In this document: positions 29,452-39,683 of the stretch, piece after piece | Numbering within the stretch: position 1 is the stretch's first letter | Layout: the number at the start of each line of letters is the position of its first letter | DNA from: Candidatus Hermodarchaeota archaeon | Lineage (GTDB): Archaea; Asgardarchaeota; Heimdallarchaeia; Hodarchaeales; Hodarchaeaceae | Length of the DNA stretch: 64,000 nucleotides | Assembly (NCBI GenBank): GCA_048886185.1 | Contig: JBHLKY010000008.1 | Location: forward strand, 124,565 to 188,564 | Reading direction: 5' to 3' | Made by a program: the position numbers and the translations under genes | The notes under the pieces: model-generated | What the model was told of the DNA's origin: nothing | The model's input: the letters and a program-made list of their open reading frames with translations, nothing else | Database searches by the model: none

Positions 29452-30723
29452 ATGGAATCGATTTTAAAAGATGCTTTGAACGGATCTGGTTCGTTTAAAA
29501 ATCTAGGTGAACCTAAAAAAGAACCTATTTCTTTATACCCACCCCCTAGAAACCTAGAAAGTGAAATAGCAGATATACTCACAGAAAGGTTACCTCGGGT
29601 TCAAGTTATCGGCGTAGGTGGAGCAGGGAATAATGCTGTGTATCGTTTAATGAGTGCGGGAGTGGATGCGGAATGTGTGGCAGTAAACACGGATGCTCAG
29701 CACTTATTATCGACCAGGGCTCATAAAAAAGTACTAATAGGTAAAGATACCTCCCGTGGTTTTGGAGCAGGAAATAATCCTGAAGTTGGCGAGACGGCTG
29801 CACGAGAATCATTGGATGACATTAAAGACATGATAAATCAGGCAAACATGGTTTTTGTCACTTGTGGTCTCGGGGGTGGAACTGGTACTGGAGCTGCTCA
29901 TGTTATTGCCAAGCAAGCAAAAGAAAAAGGAGCTCTCACTGTATCAATTTGCACTTTACCGTTTCAAATGGAAGGAGTAAAACGATACGAAAATGCTAGA
30001 ATGGGGCTGAAAAAACTTTACGAAGCATCGGACACAGTTATAGTCGTACCTAATGAAAAGCTCCTTCAAATCTCCGATGATATAACTATGATGGCTGCAT
30101 TCAGAATTGCTGATGAAGTCCTCCTCCGTGCTGTTAAAGCGATTACAGAATTGATTACGAAACCACAGTTAATTAACCTTGACTTCGCTGATGTTCGTAA
30201 AATTTTAACTGAGGGTGGAATGGCTATGATCGGTCTAGGAGAGTCTGATCATCAGCACTTGAAAGTTGATGAAGCTGTCTTTGAATCGCTAAAAAATCCA
30301 CTACTAGATGATTTAGATATTAGTAGTGCAAAAAAGGGATTAATATGTGTTTCAGGAGGAGAAGGACTTGCTCTGAAAGATGCTGAAGAAGCAGTTATGA
30401 AGATTGCATCAGAAATTGACAATTCAGCCGAAATAATCTGGGGAGCTACTATAGATCCTGATTTGGGGAGCAAGATTAGGATAATCGTAGTACTGAGTGA
30501 TGTCCATTCCCCTTTAACTGAAAACGAAGGTTTATACTATTCTAAAAGTGATTTAGAGTCATTATTATCTGATCTTGATTCTCCTTTCTCTATAATATCG
30601 ACTCAAAAAATAGAAGAAAACCAAACAAAAAGGGGATTCCCTTCAGCTCGGTTCACGATCGAAGATGGAACGTCCTCCATTGATACAAAAAAGAATAGAA
30701 AGAAATTTTTGGGTATTTTTTAA
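29452..30723 (+). CDS. ftsZ: FtsZ/tubulin-family GTPase. The track ORF starts at 29380; MESILKDA at 29452 is the likelier start.
   Basis: GGGTGTGAAHVIA tubulin signature, N-terminal GVGGAGNNAV, long C-terminal linker. Confidence 0.85.
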   Translation: MESILKDALNGSGSFKNLGEPKKEPISLYPPPRNLESEIADILTERLPRVQVIGVGGAGNNAVYRLMSAGVDAECVAVNTDAQHLLSTRAHKKVLIGKDTSRGFGAGNNPEVGETAARESLDDIKDMINQANMVFVTCGLGGGTGTGAAHVIAKQAKEKGALTVSICTLPFQMEGVKRYENARMGLKKLYEASDTVIVVPNEKLLQISDDITMMAAFRIADEVLLRAVKAITELITKPQLINLDFADVRKILTEGGMAMIGLGESDHQHLKVDEAVFESLKNPLLDDLDISSAKKGLICVSGGEGLALKDAEEAVMKIASEIDNSAEIIWGATIDPDLGSKIRIIVVLSDVHSPLTENEGLYYSKSDLESLLSDLDSPFSIISTQKIEENQTKRGFPSARFTIEDGTSSIDTKKNRKKFLGIF

Positions 30724-30765
30724 ATTTCTAGCTCTTTCTTCCTTTTTTTTACATAAAACTATAAA

Positions 30766-31422
30766 TTATTTTCTTTCTAGTCCAATTCTCCTCGCTAGAA
30801 CATCCATCCCTACCCCTGTTTTCGCACTAGTGGGAATGATTTCTAGCTGAGGGTACATGCTTTGAGCATCAGAAATAATCGTAACAACTTCAATTTCCAT
30901 TGCTGGGGCTAGATCCACCTTATTCAAAACAGCCAAATTACTTGTTTTGAAGGTAACTGGATGTTTTTGGAATACATAAGGCCCTTCTGTTACACTAGTC
31001 ACTGTAATTTTCTTATCCGCCCCTACATCTGTTATTGATGGACAAATTAAGTTTCCAACGTTTTCAACAAAAATAAAGTCGTAGTGAGTAAGATCGATTT
31101 CCTTTAATGCTTGCTCAATCTGAAATGCTAACAGATGGCATCCTCTTCCAGTATTAATTTGTAGACATGTACTTCCAAATCTACTAATTCGTTGAGCATC
31201 AATATCTGTTGCTAAATCACCATTGATTATGAGTAATCTACAGCTAGGCTGATATTTTTTAGCAAAAAATTCAAGAATGGAGGTTTTTCCTGATCCAACA
31301 CTACCCATAATGTCAATCATAGGAATATCATGTTCTCGTCGTTTGTTTCGGACACGATCTGCAATTAAGTTATTAGCTTCTTGGATTTTCTTGTCAACGG
31401 TTATTTTTCGTACATCAGGCAA
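30766..31422 (-). CDS. hypB: Hydrogenase/nickel-enzyme maturation GTPase HypB
   Basis: P-loop GSVGSGKT and the ENVGNLICP signature. Confidence 0.8.
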   Translation of the reverse strand: MPDVRKITVDKKIQEANNLIADRVRNKRREHDIPMIDIMGSVGSGKTSILEFFAKKYQPSCRLLIINGDLATDIDAQRISRFGSTCLQINTGRGCHLLAFQIEQALKEIDLTHYDFIFVENVGNLICPSITDVGADKKITVTSVTEGPYVFQKHPVTFKTSNLAVLNKVDLAPAMEIEVVTIISDAQSMYPQLEIIPTSAKTGVGMDVLARRIGLERK

Positions 31423-31492
31423 GAATACAACCTCAAGGAAGTTATAACAAAGATTTTTTTAATCTCTTCTGATGGATGGATTTGGACTTAAA

Positions 31493-31861
31493 ATGCATGA
31501 ATTCTCCCTCGCACAATCAGTGCTTGAGACCGTGTTGGCTATTGCAGAAGAACGCCAAGTTAAAAGAATTAAAAAGATAATCTTAAAATTTGGAACATTT
31601 GCTTTGGTTCAAGAGGATCAATTCCGTTTTTGTTTTAATTTAATTAAAGCTGACTCAGAATTGGTAGCAACATCAGAATTAGAAGTCATTTGGACCCCTG
31701 GAGAACTTCATTGTGATAGATGTGGCTTTGAAGGAAAGATAAAGGACTCTCCTCAAGAACATTATAACCTGGGTTCACTATTTCAATGTCCTGTTTGCAA
31801 TAGTTATTCTACGAATATTATCTCTGGAACTGAGACGATTATTGATTCTATCCTTGTTTAA
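31493..31861 (+). CDS. hypA: Nickel-insertion protein HypA. The track ORF starts at 31472; the MHEFSLA start is typical.
   Basis: MHE N-terminus, CDRCG...CPVCN zinc site. Confidence 0.75.
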   Translation: MHEFSLAQSVLETVLAIAEERQVKRIKKIILKFGTFALVQEDQFRFCFNLIKADSELVATSELEVIWTPGELHCDRCGFEGKIKDSPQEHYNLGSLFQCPVCNSYSTNIISGTETIIDSILV

Positions 31862-31956
31862 TTCAATTAATTACTTCCATTTTAAGGAGAATAATCTTCT
31901 TTCTTTTGATTAATATACATTTAATCCTAATATTCTTCAATGTTCTAAATGAAGAC

Positions 31957-32490
31957 TTATTTAACTAAACAATCTATTCGATTATTTCTAGGATTTAAAA
32001 CGCAGTGAAAACTTGATTGCTTCTGGAGTGGAATAATTAAAATATCATCTTCTTTCCAATTTACTTGAATAAGTTGGCCAGAAAACCCATTTTCATGAAT
32101 TGCTGGCTCCCCTTGCATTACTACCACAGAGTCATCCTCTCCACTCACAAAAATAACATTATTACGTCTTTGAAGGTCAACCACGACTCCATCGAGCGGA
32201 TGGATCTCTTCTCGGATTTCAAACCCAGATGGTATCCATTTTATTCTTGTTCGAATTCCCATACCAACTACTTGTTGGAAAGCAATAATACGGACTCCTG
32301 AAACAATAAATCCAACCTTAGCTGTGGATTTATTTTGATTCAAGCCCTTAAGGCCAGACACTTGGAATCCCGAGGTTCCCCTAGTGTCATCTGTGATTCT
32401 TACACATGATATTTGCTGAACAATAATACTTTTTGGTGACACACGGTTTTCCTCTTTAATATTTTGATTTGAAAATACTTTGAGGAACAA
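31957..32490 (-). CDS. Hypothetical protein
   Basis: ORF only. No confident motif. Confidence 0.35.
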   Translation of the reverse strand: MFLKVFSNQNIKEENRVSPKSIIVQQISCVRITDDTRGTSGFQVSGLKGLNQNKSTAKVGFIVSGVRIIAFQQVVGMGIRTRIKWIPSGFEIREEIHPLDGVVVDLQRRNNVIFVSGEDDSVVVMQGEPAIHENGFSGQLIQVNWKEDDILIIPLQKQSSFHCVLNPRNNRIDCLVK

Positions 32491-32763
32491 TCAAAATGTG
32501 ATCGTATTAGTCTTTTCTTTGTTGGCCCTGAGACTTAGTATTTTCAAAGCAGAATACTGGCCCTATTCTACTTCGAATAGGCAAATTAATCAGTCTTTTG
32601 GATAAAACTCATGTGTATAACATAAAGTACTTCTATACGATCATTATTCTCTGAATAATTGAGAAATATTGTTAATCAATAAAAAAGATCTCCTTTTAAT
32701 CATTAAATCAAAAGTTTTACATACGACCGTAGACAAGTCTATATTCAGTCAGGAAGAAATAGC

Positions 32764-33807
32764 GTGGTAAGGATCAAATTTATTTCAAATTCGCTTGCAA
32801 AAAAACATTCTTGTGGAATGTTTCATCCTGAATCAGCACAAAGAATTGATGTTATGGAAGAATGGATACTTTCCCACTTAAGTGATCTCATAAGTTATGA
32901 AATCTCAGACCAATCTGCATCTAGAGAAGATATTCTTGTGACTCACACACCTGATCTTTATGAACTCATTGAAAAGTCCCAAGATCAATCTGGTCACTTC
33001 TATTTTGATGCAGATACTGCTGCTAATAAATATACTTTTAAGGCAGCACGAGAAGCGGTAGAAGTTGGGAGAAAAGCACTTTGGGGGAGCGATCGAAATG
33101 TTTCAATCTTTGCTCTGGTAAGGCCACCTGGCCATCATGCGACTCGCTCCTCTCCTGGGGGGTTCTGTATTTTTAACAACATTGCAATTGCCTCGGAATT
33201 AGCACTTCAACAAAAAAAGTATCAACGGGTTGCAATATTGGATTTTGATCATCATTTCGGTAATGGTACTGCTTATACCCTCGAGGAAAACCCAGAAATA
33301 CTATATGTCAGTACACACGCTTCCCCAAGACTCTCGTACCCAGGATGTGGTTTTGTTGAAGAAATAGGCCGAAGAGATGGAATAGGATATAATATTCCTA
33401 TTCCTTTGGATTTCAGAGCATCTGAAGCAGATCTTAGGATAGCTTTCGATCAAATTATTATGCCCATTATTTTTCAGTTTAAACCAGAGTTCCTAGCTAT
33501 TTCTGCTGGCTTCGACGCTTATGAAAGGGATCCAATTGGTATATTAGGAGTTACAATTGAAGGATTTTCTGTGATCGGATCACTTATAAATCAGATTTCA
33601 TCTGAACTTGATATTCCCTTTGCAAATTATCTGGAAGGAGGATATAATATTCAGATGCTCCCAAAAATGCTTTCCTCTTATATAAATCCCTTTATTCATC
33701 CTGATCAAGACTATTCGAATCTATCCAGTCAATTAACTCCAAACATTCAAACACAACTTACTCTAGATCAGTCTAAAAAAATTCTAAAGAATTATTGGGA
33801 ATTATGA
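32764..33807 (+). CDS. Histone deacetylase/acetoin-utilisation (AcuC) family deacetylase
   Basis: Arginase/deacetylase-fold motifs LDFDHHFGNGT, GFCIFNN and RPPGHHA. Confidence 0.75.
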   Translation: MVRIKFISNSLAKKHSCGMFHPESAQRIDVMEEWILSHLSDLISYEISDQSASREDILVTHTPDLYELIEKSQDQSGHFYFDADTAANKYTFKAAREAVEVGRKALWGSDRNVSIFALVRPPGHHATRSSPGGFCIFNNIAIASELALQQKKYQRVAILDFDHHFGNGTAYTLEENPEILYVSTHASPRLSYPGCGFVEEIGRRDGIGYNIPIPLDFRASEADLRIAFDQIIMPIIFQFKPEFLAISAGFDAYERDPIGILGVTIEGFSVIGSLINQISSELDIPFANYLEGGYNIQMLPKMLSSYINPFIHPDQDYSNLSSQLTPNIQTQLTLDQSKKILKNYWEL

Positions 33808-33862
33808 TTCTCTTCTCACACATTAATGCGAAACTAGATTAGAGGAAGTTCTGGATAGCGTG

Positions 33863-34963
33863 TCAGTCCCAATGGAGAGCATATCTCAAAAGTCCAACAA
33901 TTCCTCCAAATGTCTTCATACGGTTGGCATTTTCACTTTGAGACGAGACAAGGAAAATCCTACCACGGGTTTTTTCTACCTCACGAAGTACTTGTTGTAC
34001 TTCATCTGGACTGATCCCATCGCTCCCTCTTAAAAGAGAGTCCAGAGAGATTAATGTCTCTATAGCTCCCGTGCTAGCGATTTTTTTAATTTCAGTAAAT
34101 CCATATGCCACATTTGCGCTTCCTTGATTCATTCTCTTGAAAAATTCATCCATCAAATTGTTTTCTTCAAAAACTTGGAAATCTATTGCAAGTTTATCTA
34201 CAGCCTCCATTTGTAAGAGCTCTGATAATCCAACACGGTTTCCACCACTTAAAGAACCAGCAACAATTACAATTAGATTCTCTTTAGAAAATTTTATCCT
34301 TAAAAATGTGGCTAATTGTTCTTTAACAAAACCAGGACCACCTAATACGATATTCTTAGTTTCAGGTAAGATTTGTCGGTTAATGATCAGAGCAATTCGC
34401 TCAAAGAAAGATTGAGTCTGCTTTGAACGAATTTTTTCTTTTGTAAGTTTTCGTGAAATATGAGATTTTTCATGAGCTATTACAGTAAGATTATAGTTAT
34501 CAAGAAGGCCAATACACACTTCTGCTTTATCAGCAGCAATAAGACATATTTTAGGTTTCTTACTTGCTTCTTCAGCCTTTTTCAGTAATTCAAGATAATA
34601 TTTTGACCATTCAGGTTTAATTATAGTTATTACTTTTGTTAATTCCAAATTGAGGGTGTGGTAAGAGCCTATTGATACATATTGTTCAGGACCTTGGAAA
34701 ATTTTCCCCTTAACGCGAAGCCGATTGCTTATTGAACTATCTTGAAAGGCGAAATCTTCTGCTTCAATTCCTATAACCATTGTGATACGTTGACTATCGT
34801 CACCAGATCGTCCCTCGCTTCCTGAGCGTCTAACTCTTCTACTAGATTTAGATATAACGCGATCTCCAATACTTATAATATTTGAAAGGACATAAAGATC
34901 AGTTGCATTTTCAGGTCGTACAACAACCTTTCCATTCTTCATGTCTATCTTCAGAATACGCAT
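33863..34963 (-). CDS. pelA: Pelota/Dom34 (mRNA surveillance, ribosome rescue)
   Basis: N-terminus MRILKIDMKNGKVVVRPENATDLYVLSNII plus eRF1-like central and C-terminal domains. Confidence 0.8.
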   Translation of the reverse strand: MRILKIDMKNGKVVVRPENATDLYVLSNIISIGDRVISKSSRRVRRSGSEGRSGDDSQRITMVIGIEAEDFAFQDSSISNRLRVKGKIFQGPEQYVSIGSYHTLNLELTKVITIIKPEWSKYYLELLKKAEEASKKPKICLIAADKAEVCIGLLDNYNLTVIAHEKSHISRKLTKEKIRSKQTQSFFERIALIINRQILPETKNIVLGGPGFVKEQLATFLRIKFSKENLIVIVAGSLSGGNRVGLSELLQMEAVDKLAIDFQVFEENNLMDEFFKRMNQGSANVAYGFTEIKKIASTGAIETLISLDSLLRGSDGISPDEVQQVLREVEKTRGRIFLVSSQSENANRMKTFGGIVGLLRYALHWD

Positions 34964-35009
34964 AAATACTCACTTGATTTCTTTTATGAGCTCAGGGGAT
35001 GATTACATG

Positions 35010-35366
35010 TCAAAATAATTTCAAGGTTGAAGTGATTTCTTCAACGTTTCGTTGAGCATGAGGCCCAATGCCAAGTGCCGTTGTTGTATTTGGAGGAAGT
35101 TGAGTTCTTCCAGCATCATCAATTTTTACAACAATGACTCCAGTAGCTCGAAGCCTTTGTTCCAGTTTGAGTAATTCATCTTCAGATTCAACTGCCAGTA
35201 CAATTTTTTTTTGACCAGTGTTCCACCATAATGCAAATTCATTCGGTTTTTCCCGCTTAGATTTGATGGCAGCTGCAACTGCAGCATGGGATGCTTGAGC
35301 TGCAGCTTTACCCTTGGACATATTCAAATCTTTTCGGAGAATAATGACTTGCTTTAATTCTAGCAA
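35010..35366 (-). CDS. pth2: Peptidyl-tRNA hydrolase Pth2
   Basis: About 118 aa, GKAAAQASHAA...ALGIGP pattern. Confidence 0.8.
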   Translation of the reverse strand: MLELKQVIILRKDLNMSKGKAAAQASHAAVAAAIKSKREKPNEFALWWNTGQKKIVLAVESEDELLKLEQRLRATGVIVVKIDDAGRTQLPPNTTTALGIGPHAQRNVEEITSTLKLF

Positions 35367-35624
35367 TCACTAATCACACCTTTAAATCGACTTGTGAGAG
35401 GGGCTGTTATTAATCACAAGTAATGAAACTAGTCCTTCTTTCAATTCCCTTGTGATATTAATCCTCAGAGAGGTACATGAACATCATTAACGAACTCAAA
35501 TGGTGTCCTGTTTAGAATTCGTATTCAGTTTAGGTCAGTATCATCACGGGTCTATGGTTTTCCTCACATCTTTTTGCGAATGCTTTCAAGGTTTCGCCAT
35601 ATAAGTAAAATAAAAAAGTGGATT

Positions 35625-36143
35625 TTACATTACTAGCTCTTGGCCTTTCGTGATTTTGATCCGACAGGGAGTTGGAAATTTAGCTTTTCCGCGACGTAAG
35701 GCATCTTTGGCTAAAGCTAAGTTTTCCGGGTATGTTCGTATAAAAAGAACACGATCTCCTTCAAAAACTCGCGCAGCAACGCTAATAATCTTTCCAAAAG
35801 CCTTTCGCATCCCATCTTGCAGCCGATCTGCCCCAGCTCCAGTCATCATTTTATTCTCACGTAATCTATGATGGGGATAGACACAAACACGGTAGTGATA
35901 GTTATCCCTTCCAAGTTTTCGCGTTAAAAAACGATTAACATGAATACGAGCTGCTTCAAGGGCATTATGTGAAATCTGACATCGTTCATCAGTGATCAAT
36001 GAGACTTCTAGCGGGAACTCTTTTTCTGGTGATCCGAAATCAAAAGACCTTATTTTAGGCTCAGGACCACCTTTAATATATTTCTTCCGTGTGTAGGGTG
36101 GTCTATCAACACGAGAATAGCAATATGCTGGCCTTTTTCCCAT
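35625..36143 (-). CDS. rpl10e: Ribosomal protein uL16 (L10e)
   Basis: MGKRPAYCYSRVDRPPYTRKKYIKG N-terminus. Confidence 0.9.
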   Translation of the reverse strand: MGKRPAYCYSRVDRPPYTRKKYIKGGPEPKIRSFDFGSPEKEFPLEVSLITDERCQISHNALEAARIHVNRFLTRKLGRDNYHYRVCVYPHHRLRENKMMTGAGADRLQDGMRKAFGKIISVAARVFEGDRVLFIRTYPENLALAKDALRRGKAKFPTPCRIKITKGQELVM

Positions 36144-36382
36144 ATAATTTCAACTCAATTGTCCTTTCTCGATCTTTCAACCGAATTCAGTAGAGTATTC
36201 GATAAAAGAGTCCGATTTTTTCTGATTCAAGCTTCTTTTTGATCAGCATTTTAAATTTATGTAGCTATTTCAAAAACTAATCATCTCTAGAGAATTTGAC
36301 AATATCTTAACCTATCAATATGGAGTGATTCCTATAGAATTATCAAGTTTAAAACTCGATTTTAAAAGAAAAATTAATCTGT

Positions 36383-36390
36383 ATAATTAA
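36383..36390 (+). promoter_or_regulatory. TATA-box-like element upstream of the histone gene (near-leaderless mRNA)
   Basis: tataatta lies about 27-34 nt upstream of ATG 36417. Confidence 0.35.
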
Positions 36391-36416
36391 ATAACATTTT
36401 GTTAGGGGTAGAACCA

Positions 36417-36635
36417 ATGGTTGAGATTCCAGCTTCATCAATTGATCGAATTATTCGAAAAGGAGGGGCAACAAGAGTTTCAAAATCTGCAATATTAGCA
36501 TTACAAAAGGAGCTTGAGGAGTATGGAGTTTTAATTGCAAAACTGGCATGGGATTTCGCTAATTATGCTGGTAAAAAAACAGTAGAAGGGAAAGATATCT
36601 ATTTAGCCTTACGAAAGAAAAACATGATGATTTAG
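36417..36635 (+). CDS. Archaeal histone (HMf-like histone fold). The track ORF starts at 36399.
   Basis: IPASSIDRIIRKGGATRVSKSAILALQKELEEYGVLIAKLAWDFANYAGKKTVEGKDIYLA aligns to HMfB. Confidence 0.85.
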   Translation: MVEIPASSIDRIIRKGGATRVSKSAILALQKELEEYGVLIAKLAWDFANYAGKKTVEGKDIYLALRKKNMMI

Positions 36636-37009
36636 AATTGTAGTAAATTTTTTCCATCTACCCATAATTTAAAATTCTTGGAATTCCTACGTTATCCCAG
36701 CAAGCAAAAAGAACTAACCCTTGTCCTGCGGGTTCATTCACTATGAGGTATGTATTTAAGGGGCCCCTAAGGCCCAATAATGAATATTAATAGATTATAT
36801 AACGATTCAAGCGAATTTCACTGCTTGTAAGTGATTTCAATTCATGAGGTTTGGCCAATCATAATAATTCAGATAGAGGCCTTATTAAAAAAAATTAAAC
36901 ACCAATCACGCAAGTGGAACCGCATATTCATCATTATTATCCTGATTCAATCTAATTTCGTAAAGTTGTAACGTATTATGATTATACATCTTGTTCATTA
37001 TAATGAAAT

Positions 37010-38287
37010 ATGCAGTTTCACCAAGCGATCATTGGAGGTGAAACAACAGTGGTTAACGAAGAGGATATCGATACTTCAACTGTAAAGTATCTTATCCATG
37101 AAAAGTTTAGCATTAACGGTGTGGCTGAACGGTCAGATATTATTGGAGCACTGTTCGGTCAGACTGAAGGATTAATTGGTGAGGGACTAGATTTACGAGA
37201 ATTACAAAAAACATCAAGAATAGGAAGAATTGCTGTTAAATTACAATATCAAAAAAAGCAACGAAAAACAATAGGAACGATCATTTTACCATCATCTCTA
37301 GACAGAGTCGAAACAGCTTTGCTTGCTGCTGCTTTGGAAACCGTAGATCGAGTTGGACCTTGTGTTGGGAAGATTTCTCTCCTGAAAATTGAAGATGTCC
37401 GTGAGAGTAAACGGAGACAGATAATCACTCGTGCTTCTCAAATTCTTAAAACATGGGATCACGAGATAGCCCCAGATTCAATCTCTGTTTTAGAAGAAGT
37501 TCTCAAAGAAGCTCGAATAAGCATTATTCAAAAATTTGGAAAAGAAGAATTACCTGCTGGGCCAGGTATTCAAGATAATGACAATTTGATTATTGTTGAA
37601 GGAAGAGCTGATGTTGTTAATCTCTTAAAACATGGATTCAGGAATGTGATTGCAGTACAAGGAACAAATGTTCCAGCAGATGTTATTGAACTCTCTAGAA
37701 AAAAAGTAACTACTGCATTTCTAGATGGAGATCACGGTGGGGATCTTATTCTTCGAGAGCTTATTCATCTCACGGATTTAGATTACGTTGCAAGGGCTCC
37801 ACAAAATCGTGAAGTAGAAGAGTTATCTAGTAAAGAGCTTCTAAAAGCCTTACGTACTAAAATACCAATCGAGCAGATAATGAAAGAGATGAATATCTCT
37901 CCTGAAGAAATTGAAGCTCCAGATGAGACCCCCAATACGTCTCAATCTGAAATAGAACCTGATGAAATCCCAATTATCGTTCAATCTCAACCATTAAGAT
38001 CAAAAATTCCACGAAATTTTGCAGAATTCCTGGAAAATCTCTCAGAACAAGAAGCCATTCTACTTGGATCAAATTTATCAGTTTTAAAAGAACATATCCC
38101 AATTAGTGATCTTCACGACACCATACTTAAAACAAATGATGTAGAAACTATAATTTTTGATGGAATAATTACCCAAAGACTTCTCGATGTTGCATTAGAA
38201 CGCGGAATAAAATCTATTGTAGGGGCAAAACAACACGATGTCACAAAAAAACCCTTAGATATAGATATATACACATTCTCAGAATAA
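37010..38287 (+). CDS. dnaG: Archaeal DnaG-type primase / exosome-associated TOPRIM protein
   Basis: TOPRIM motif LIIVEGRADVVNLLKHGFRNVIAVQGTN and DGDHGG. Confidence 0.8.
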   Translation: MQFHQAIIGGETTVVNEEDIDTSTVKYLIHEKFSINGVAERSDIIGALFGQTEGLIGEGLDLRELQKTSRIGRIAVKLQYQKKQRKTIGTIILPSSLDRVETALLAAALETVDRVGPCVGKISLLKIEDVRESKRRQIITRASQILKTWDHEIAPDSISVLEEVLKEARISIIQKFGKEELPAGPGIQDNDNLIIVEGRADVVNLLKHGFRNVIAVQGTNVPADVIELSRKKVTTAFLDGDHGGDLILRELIHLTDLDYVARAPQNREVEELSSKELLKALRTKIPIEQIMKEMNISPEEIEAPDETPNTSQSEIEPDEIPIIVQSQPLRSKIPRNFAEFLENLSEQEAILLGSNLSVLKEHIPISDLHDTILKTNDVETIIFDGIITQRLLDVALERGIKSIVGAKQHDVTKKPLDIDIYTFSE

Positions 38288-38886
38288 TCTCCCCTTTTTT
38301 CATGCAGGAATTGCAGGACTCCTGCTTTTATTTTTAATCCACTGCTATTTCATATCATGTCTTCTGATGTGATACTCATAATCTTTAAGATGAAAAGGGG
38401 TCTGTAACCCTAAACACTAACTCTTGCGACATCATATACAGGGATTTCCTAATTCAGTCGAGTTCTCTGGTGAAGGGCATTTATGACCCCAAATTGTCCT
38501 GTTATTTAGGAGGGTTAACCCTAACGCTCATTGTTGGGTGACACACCCAGTCTCATGCGAGAGCCCGTCTCCTAATCTTATTGGATCGAAGAGCTCTGGA
38601 TTTCTCTGCTTATTTGCACCATGAATCATTAATATCCTCAGGTCCTCGAGAAGCAGAAGTTATTCCATCACAGCGTATAGGAATTATTAAACCAATTAAA
38701 AAAATCTTTCTATTTTTTTCTAGCAATGCTACTACTTATCAATAGTAACTAGTATTCTAAATAAAATCATCACATATTTCAAATTATTAAAAGCAGAACG
38801 AGCCTTATAAAGTAAGGACAGATTAATGCTTATTATATTCCAAAAAACTCAGAAAAACCTTCAAACTCTTTCATGGAGATTAGAAT

Positions 38887-39348
38887 TTGAAACGATTTGA
38901 AAATGTTGGTTTAGGCGGAACATTTGATCGTTTACACTCTGGACATAGATTATTTCTCGATATAGCTACATATTATGGTGAATCTGTTCATATTGGGTTA
39001 ATTAGTCAAAGTTATTTGAATAAAATACATAAGAATTACAGGGAATCTATTCAAAACTTTCAAATCAGGCGGAAAGAAATTAAAAGTTTATTAGAGAAAC
39101 GAAAAGCTCAATATTCTATTTCAACCATAGAAAATCCTGGGATGGACCGGGAATTAGCTAGTGAAGGGAATCTAAATGCTCTAGTTGTATCACAAGAAAC
39201 ATATTCAGGAGCTTATGTTATTAATCGTCTACGAGCTAGCCAGGGAAAATCAAAGCTTACTATCATTGTAATCCCCCGTGTTATTCGTATGAATGGTACA
39301 CTCGAAAGCAGTACAAGATTAAGAAAAGAGGAACTTGAAAAAAGTTAG
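38887..39348 (+). CDS. Phosphopantetheine adenylyltransferase-like cytidylyltransferase (archaeal PPAT)
   Basis: GGTFDRLHSGH nucleotidyltransferase motif. Confidence 0.6.
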   Translation: MKRFENVGLGGTFDRLHSGHRLFLDIATYYGESVHIGLISQSYLNKIHKNYRESIQNFQIRRKEIKSLLEKRKAQYSISTIENPGMDRELASEGNLNALVVSQETYSGAYVINRLRASQGKSKLTIIVIPRVIRMNGTLESSTRLRKEELEKS

Positions 39349-39683
39349 GTTTTAAAGAAAAACTATATGGAAGGAGCACCTCCGAACTCAAGATCTTCAT
39401 CATTTAAGACATAAATAGATGTATTTTGTGCCTTATCGGGAGGGCTAGAGCCGTCATTGGATCCTTCCAACGTTTTTCATCAAAAAAGAAAGTTATAAGG
39501 TTATCGGTGTTGTGTTTCACAAGAAAAAATAACTTACAAGACTTTAAGCAAAAAGTCCTTTAGTAACATTTAAACAGAGAAGATTCAGCCTTATTCAAGA
39601 AAACCAACAAGATATAAATTTTAATTCGTTATGAATCTCAAAATATTCCGTACTTCATTAATTTCTATTGACAAGCAACAAGT

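Noticed and set aside
38380-38660. SRP RNA or RNase P RNA assignment
   Set aside because: Could not find the conserved CR-I/CR-V boxes of RNase P or a convincing helix-8/Alu-domain pattern of SRP RNA. Left as an unclassified candidate.
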